A stretch of 64,000 nt of DNA. It comes from the human T2T-CHM13v2.0 reference genome, Homo sapiens. The position numbers and the translations under genes are program-made. A model generated the notes under the pieces. That model saw only the letters and a list, made by a program, of their open reading frames with translations. It had not been told where the DNA came from and did no database searches. How positions within the stretch are numbered: position 1 is the first letter of the stretch; each line of letters begins with the position of its first letter. Shown here piece by piece: positions 57,748-64,000 of this stretch. Location of the stretch: NCBI RefSeq assembly GCF_009914755.1, contig NC_060944.1. The stretch is one strand, 5' to 3'.

Positions 57748-58733
57748 GACTGTTTTCTGTATATCACTTTACCATCCCCAGCACTCAGAGTAAAAGGCTG
57801 TTTTAAGCAAGACTGTTTTAAGCCCTTGAGTGCTCGTCCCCTGCCTCTGGCTAGCTGTGTCTGCCTAAGAGTGGCCACCATATTGTCTTCCATTAGGCTG
57901 GAACCCGTTTCCCATGTCCGCAGTGGTGTGAAATATCCCAGTTGCATTGCAGTAAGTTTATTTTATGTGCATTTCCCCACTTGCCATTGAATCAGGTGTC
58001 CCTTTTTTCCCTTCCATATTTGTTTCTTAAGATATCGCCTCTTGTGTGACTTTTGTTTGAATCCCATGTCTTTTTGTCTGTTGGCATCTTGCTTTCTGTT
58101 TAATGTGACTGAGCCATTTCTACCTTGTATATATTAACTGTCTTATAGTTGGTGCTGATATTTTCTTAGTCTGATGTCCTTTTCATTTTGGTTTTATTAT
58201 GTTTTCTTCCACAGAAGATATTAATGCATATATATTTGAATCTGTCAATCTCTCTTCCTCTGTGATTGCTTCGAGGGCTGAAGAAGTTATCCTGCTCCAC
58301 AGATCTGATAAACATTCTGTTCTGTTTTCTGATTGTTTCCCTGTAACATGACTTTTTATGTTTAACTCTTTAATCCATTCGGAGTGCATGCATTTTGGTT
58401 GGTGTCTTGCAGTGGGTATCTAGTTCACTGTTCCTAAATAGGGACAGGATAACCCTCTTGTCCCCATTCTGTTTATTATATAATTAGCCCTTGTCTCTTT
58501 GTTTGCAAAAGGGGAGACAAAATATAGTAGCTGTTATAAGCGTGAGCTTTAGCAGAATTAAGATTTTGGCTTTGCCACTTTCTGTGTGAGCTATGAGCAC
58601 GTTGCTTAAATTGGGCTTGTTTTTTCCTCTGTAAAACTGGATGATATCTTCCTCCTAGGACCGTTGTCAAGATTGAGCAGAAGATCATGTGCAAAGCACA
58701 TCACATGTTACCTGGCATAAAGTAAATGCCCTC

Positions 58734-59277
58734 TTTTTTTTTTTTTTTTTTTTGGCTTAAACAAATATTTATTTTCTCACAGGGCTAGAGGTCAGAAGTA
58801 TGAGATCAAGGTGTTGGCAGGGTTGATTCCATCTGAGGCCTCTGTATTAGTTTGTTCTTACACTTCTATAAAGACATACCTGAGACTGGGTAATTTATGA
58901 AGAGGTTTATTTGGCTCACGATTCTGTGAGCTGTACAAGCTTCTGCTTCTGGGGAGGTCTCAGAAAACTTACAACCGTGGCAGAAGGTGAAAGGGTGGCA
59001 GGTACACTTCACATGGCCAGCAGGAGAGACAGAGCAAGTGGGGAAGCGTTACACACTTTCAAACAACCAGATCTCATGAGAACTCACTATCACGAGAACA
59101 GCAAGGGGGATATCCGCCCCCAAGATCCAATTACCTCACCATGTCCCTCCTCCAAAATTGGGCATTACAATTCGACATGAGACTTGGGTGGGGACATAGA
59201 GCTAAATCATATCAGCCTCTCTCCTAGGCTTGCAGGTGGACAGCTTCCCCTTGTGTCTTTACGTGGTCTTCCCTCTG
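58734..59277 (-). mobile_element. Polyadenylated MLT1 LTR 3' fragment (L1-mediated retrocopy) containing an MST LTR
   Basis: T20 at 58734-58753, antisense AATAAA at 58768-58773, direct repeats AAATGCCCTC at 58724-58733 and 59278-59287. Confidence 0.7.
58843..59214 (-). mobile_element. MSTA-like MaLR solo LTR
   Basis: TGTATTAGT...ACCTGAGACTGGGTAATTTAT...CATATCA; 5-bp TSD GCCTC at 58838-58842 and 59215-59219. Confidence 0.88.
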
Positions 59278-61109
59278 AAATGCCCTCCTTAATCTTGATA
59301 CGTTTCCATACCTAGTTGGGTCCAACATTGTACTTTTCCTTCTGTTTCATTGATTTTAGAATTCTTGTTTTCTGTTACTGCCACACTGCTTTAATTGTGG
59401 CTTCACGGAATGTTTCACTCTCTGGCCAGATTGGGCATCCTTCCATTACTCTTTCTTTAAGAATATTGCTTTAAACACGCACCTGTTTTCTTTAGTGGAT
59501 GTTGATTTTCTCTCTCACATTCTGTACTGTAGCCTACCTCAGTGACTTCTAGACACCCCTTCTTCCCCTTCCCCAGCACACATACCGGTTTTCCCCCAAC
59601 CTGGCTGCCCAGCCTTTGCTCACTCTGGACCCACTACCTCACAGGTATGTACCAACTGCTCTCACCTGGCCTATCTCCACCTTAGTGCTTTATCACCCCC
59701 CTCCAGGTGCCATTATGCAGATACCCATTTTCCCTATGGACCTGAGCTTCCCTGGGAATTGGTTCTAGGTCCCTAGTGCCCCTCTGCACCTGGCATATGG
59801 CCAGGTACATTGTAGGTGCTGAGGTCAGGGCTTGGGGAAGACAGGAATGTTCACCGTGCCCTTGGGCTTTTGACAGTAACTGGGCTAAATCTGGCTTCTT
59901 CTGGAGGTGCAGGCTTACAGGACTCAACAATTTGGTGGTTGTAACCCTGGACATGCTCTTGCCAATAACGGTGGGCCATCCATCAGCCCTGGCCTTGGTT
60001 TCCCCAGTGGGATTTGCAGAAGCCAGAGGATTAAAGCCCTCCCAGCCCTGAGGCCTCATTATTTATCTTAGTGGGTCCACAGTGAAGATGAATTAGAATA
60101 ACTCATTGGCACATGCCATGCCTTGGAGTGCAGTTTTCTGTTTTCTGGGAGAGAAAAGGCCTCTTAGGACAGAGCCCCCCACTGCCCTCCTGGGTCTCCA
60201 GGAGACAGCCCAGATCTGGGTCAGAAGGGTTCAATAGTCAAGAACAGAGGGGTGGCTCTCTGCCTGGGAAGGCAACTGGGGTGAAAGCGGGGAGCTGGCC
60301 TTTCTCTGCATACTGCTAGGTAGCATGCAAAACCCTGCCTGTTCCATTCCTGTTCTCCAGGGGAGGAATCTGAGGACGAGAGGGGTAAGATCCCTGCCCA
60401 CTGCCATGCAGCAGCTTAGTGCAGAGCCTGGACTTGAACCTAGATCTGCCTGCTTCCAGAGCTGTGCTGCACCAGTGTTCTCGCAGCTCCCAGTCCAAAG
60501 GCCGACGTTGAGACAGCGCTTAAAAATATATCAGCAGTGTTTACAAATACCATTTCCTGTGTTATCTGGTACTGACAGAAGGAAGTGAACCTGGCACTTT
60601 GTCTGTGTTAGGTTTGGGGTTAGAGGCATAAGTGCCAAGTTCAGATGACCTAGAAAAACCTTTCTAGGTCAAATTACAATTTCAAAGATTTCTTTTCTTC
60701 TTCTTTTTGAACCGCTCCAAGATCGAACGCTGTCGTTGACATATTTCCCTTCCGACAACACGAGCCTTTTGTGGCATGATTGAGGGCTTGTTTTGTAGTG
60801 CTGGGGAGAAAATATCTTCCACATCATCTGCTCATTGTCTCAGTCACACTCGTTCCCCCCACACCACAGTGCAACCCGACGTACGCTCATGCGGCTTTTA
60901 GTTAATTGCCTTTGGTAAGAATCAGTTTTGGGACTTGTTCCCAACTGCTTGGATGATAGATAATTGTCAAATACAAATATTGGCAGCGCAGGGCAACCTG
61001 AGGCTCTAGACTGCTGACTGCATCCCAGCCTCTAGGGAGAGCTGGGAGCTGGCCAGCTCCATGTTATGGGAGGTAACGGGGCAAGACCTGGCAGGAGTAC
61101 AGCCTTCTC

Positions 61110-61340
61110 ATTAGAGTGTAGGCTCTGGAGTTGAACTTCCTGGGTTTGAATCTTCATTCCACCCCTTCCTAGCTGTGTGGCCTTGGGCAAGCTACATAAC
61201 CTCCCTCGACCTCAGTCTCCTTTTCTGTAAAATGGGAGCCTCAGTAACTTACCTTGTGAGGTTGTCGTGAGGATTATAGGAACGGATGTTTGTCATTCAA
61301 TTAAGAGTGCCTGGCTTGTTGTTAGTGTGATGTAAACATT
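61110..61340 (+). mobile_element. MIR SINE (one of many MIR/L2 remnants not all listed)
   Basis: CCTGGGTTTGAATC...CCTTGGGCAAG...CCTCAGT...CTGTAAAATGGG core. Confidence 0.8.
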
Positions 61341-64000
61341 GCATGCATTCGTTCTAATGAGTAAATGATCATAGCCATTAGTGGATGCTCTTGCGTGTCA
61401 CCCTAGTCCCTCCTCAGATCCAGGCACACATTCTGTCAGCTGCTTAGAGTGTTGGCTGCTGCCCCTATCAGCTGAGCCTCTCTCTGGGCAGCTCCATGGT
61501 GCCTTTGGTGGAAAGAGGAAGCCTTGGCCAAGGTCATCAACACTCACCCCCTGGGCATCCTGGATCCGATGGCCATCCCATGTGGGGATACAGAATGCTT
61601 AGCTCCCTGCCTCAAACTGGGACACCTCTGCTGGGCCATCCCAGTTCCAGAGCTCCCCTTGGGACAGGTGGAGGCCTCCGTTGTGACTACATCACAGTTT
61701 GGCTTGTCCCTCTGGCCTGTCCTGCTCCCCCACTTCCCTATAGCACTTCCCAGTACATTTCTTGTCTGTAGATTTCACACTCAGAGTCTGTTTGGTACCT
61801 GAAACAACAGGTAGCTATCCAGACGCTGAATGGAATCTGATTTCCATTTTAAAGCACATGCTGATTTCACTTGCTTGTATTTTTGGAAGCTTTTTGAGGA
61901 GTGGCCTTGGGTTCTCTACCACTCCTGTCTCCTACCCTGTGTGTGCACCTTTCGGGCACTGTCAGCATGCCTTGGTCACCTCCATGACTCCTGGTGGGAA
62001 GAATGTGGCCTAGCTCCTGGGCAGACCATAAAACTTAAGACTGATGGAACGGCCCAGGGGCTCAGAGGGCATCACCCATTCAACCCTTCCAGGTATGAAT
62101 GAGGAAACTGAGGCCTAGAAAGGGGGAGGCCTTTTTCAAGGACACACAGTGAGTGGTGCCTGTCTTTTCCATCTTTGAAGGTGATGGTGTCTTGGGATAT
62201 AGTGAGCAGGCTGGTCTTAGGAGCCAGACATGTGGCTGTTGTGATATTATGGCGCTAGGGTCCAATACATGTTTTACGGGGTGCCCCCATGGCAGAGGGG
62301 TGGCCAGGCCAGCCCAAGAGTGGCTATCAGCAATGGCTTCTGGAAGGAGGACAGCACAGGAGTTGAATGGGCATGAACGGTGTGGAAGAGAGAAAGCAGG
62401 GAGTTTCAGGTGGAGACACAGCTGCTGCAGAGGTCTGGATGAGGTGTGGGGGAGAGTGTGATCTGGGCAGGGGGCTTGGAAAGGCAGAAGAGGGGATGGG
62501 CGCGTGATGGGTGGGAGGCAGCCTGGACTGTTGGGCTGGCAGGCGGCAGATGCTCAAGTGAATGTTGTGGCCAAGAATTAAAACTTTTCCCCAGTGGAGG
62601 GGATGGGACTTGATGGAGAGTGACTTGGGGAGAGCCACGCAGAGGCCTTACCCATCATGGTCCCCACTGACCCTGCACTGCCTGAGCCAACTGATGCTCA
62701 GTCAATGGTTGTGGAATAAATGAGTGAACGAATGAGGGAAGGGAAGATGGTGCTGAAGAGGAGGCCTCCAGCTGCACTGTGGCGGGTGGGTGGGAGCAGG
62801 GACGAGCCCACAGGCTCTGATGAAACTGGCTTTTGGTTGGGGGTTTTATCCTTCTGAGCCAGACTGTGGGTCCCTACCTTCCCTCCTGTCACTGGAGAGG
62901 TCCATGGGCCTGGCTTCGATGAGACTCTGGGGACGTGGGGAGTGCCGGTGGGTGAGACCAGCCGAGAGCACGTACATTGGCATCCCCCACAGCAGAAGCC
63001 CAGAGAAAGGCCTCAAAGTCGCGAGCCCAATCAGATGAGGTCCTGGCCCTGCCCCTTGGATGGCCTCATCTCATTACACCTTGACCCACTTCCCAGCCCA
63101 GCTCCCTCCAGCCCCAGGCAGCGTCTGCAGCCCTCTTTGAACCATTCCCCCTCACAGCGCCAAATGAAAATGTTTGTTGAAAACAACATGTGCATAATTA
63201 AAGCTTAATGAGCGCTTGTCTGTTTGGAATGTGCAATTAGATTTACAATCGGGGATGGGAGAGAGCTCCAAATGGCTTTAAATGGAGCTGAGAGAGAGGA
63301 TAATTTTTGCCATAAATCTGCAGTAATGCAGACGGTGTGTGAGCTACCAGTGGCAGTACCAGGGAAGGAAGAAATACAGGCCTGCCAGGCCTCCATGCTA
63401 TCTATGTTAGGGGGCTGCCCTGCCCATCAGGCCCGGCCCTCTGGGCAGCTGCAGCTGGTGAGTGTACTGGGATGGGACTCACTGGTGGTCCTGGGGGCAG
63501 AGCTGCCCTAGGTTGGAGCTGGAGTTCCTGCCTGCAGCTTATGAGATCTGCGATCCAGCCAACTGTGAGGGGCTGAGGGGCTGGTGCTGAGTCCAGCTGC
63601 CCAGGTCCCCAGGATCCCATGGCTGGGGCGAGATTCCTGCGTCATCACCACGTTCACCCCCAGCCTGCAAACTGGCTTCAGGGCAGAGCCCTAGACTGGG
63701 ATGTGGCCCTCTACTTTGTTCTCTGCTGTTTCCCAGTACCCAGAGCGTACATAGTTAAGGCCTCAGTTAACATTTGTTGGATGAATGAATGCCTCGTTAC
63801 CAGACTCTTGCCTTCAACAGGTCACTCTCCCTCTGCAAACCCCATTTCTCCCATATCTATCACAGAGAAATGGATTCGGCTACTGCTGATGATGTCAGCT
63901 CTTCCGTCTCTGGGGTTCTGGGTCAGGAGCAGATAATGACTAGGGCAGTGTCTAGACCAGCACCATCCAGTAGAAATACAATGCAGGCCACATACATGAT

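Overview
This is mammalian (primate, Alu-rich, almost certainly human chr20q13) genomic DNA containing the 5' end of TOX2, an HMG-box transcription factor gene on the + strand. About 15.5 kb of repeat-rich upstream DNA is followed by a CpG-island promoter with coding exon 1a (MDVRLYPSAP...DYYHGGK, 16058-16156). A probable non-coding alternative first exon lies near 17.3 kb. An alternative coding exon (MQQTRTEAVAG...VFPQK, 47079-47204) has its own CCAAT/TATA-like elements. The common exon 2 (FDGDSAY...) was not seen, so the first intron runs off the right end. The rest is Alu, MIR, L1, L2, MaLR/ERV LTRs, hAT MITEs and microsatellites, with several repeat-free, motif-dense enhancer-like islands. 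Almost all ORFs in the supplied track are spurious. I cannot show a new multi-gene system here. The most unusual observations are: (1) a polyadenylated, TSD-flanked retrocopy of an MLT1 LTR 3' end with a nested MST LTR (58.7-59.3 kb); (2) a compact double-hairpin element with a telomere-like loop, resembling Helentron-type non-autonomous elements (60.6 kb); (3) a 240-bp cluster of palindromes (42.0-42.3 kb); (4) a possible hybrid first/internal TOX2 exon with an in-frame NAGNAG acceptor; (5) a strand-biased GTCAC-rich tract in intron 1. Gene identity rests on my recall of the TOX2 peptides. Repeat subfamily names are by-eye assignments, not database results.
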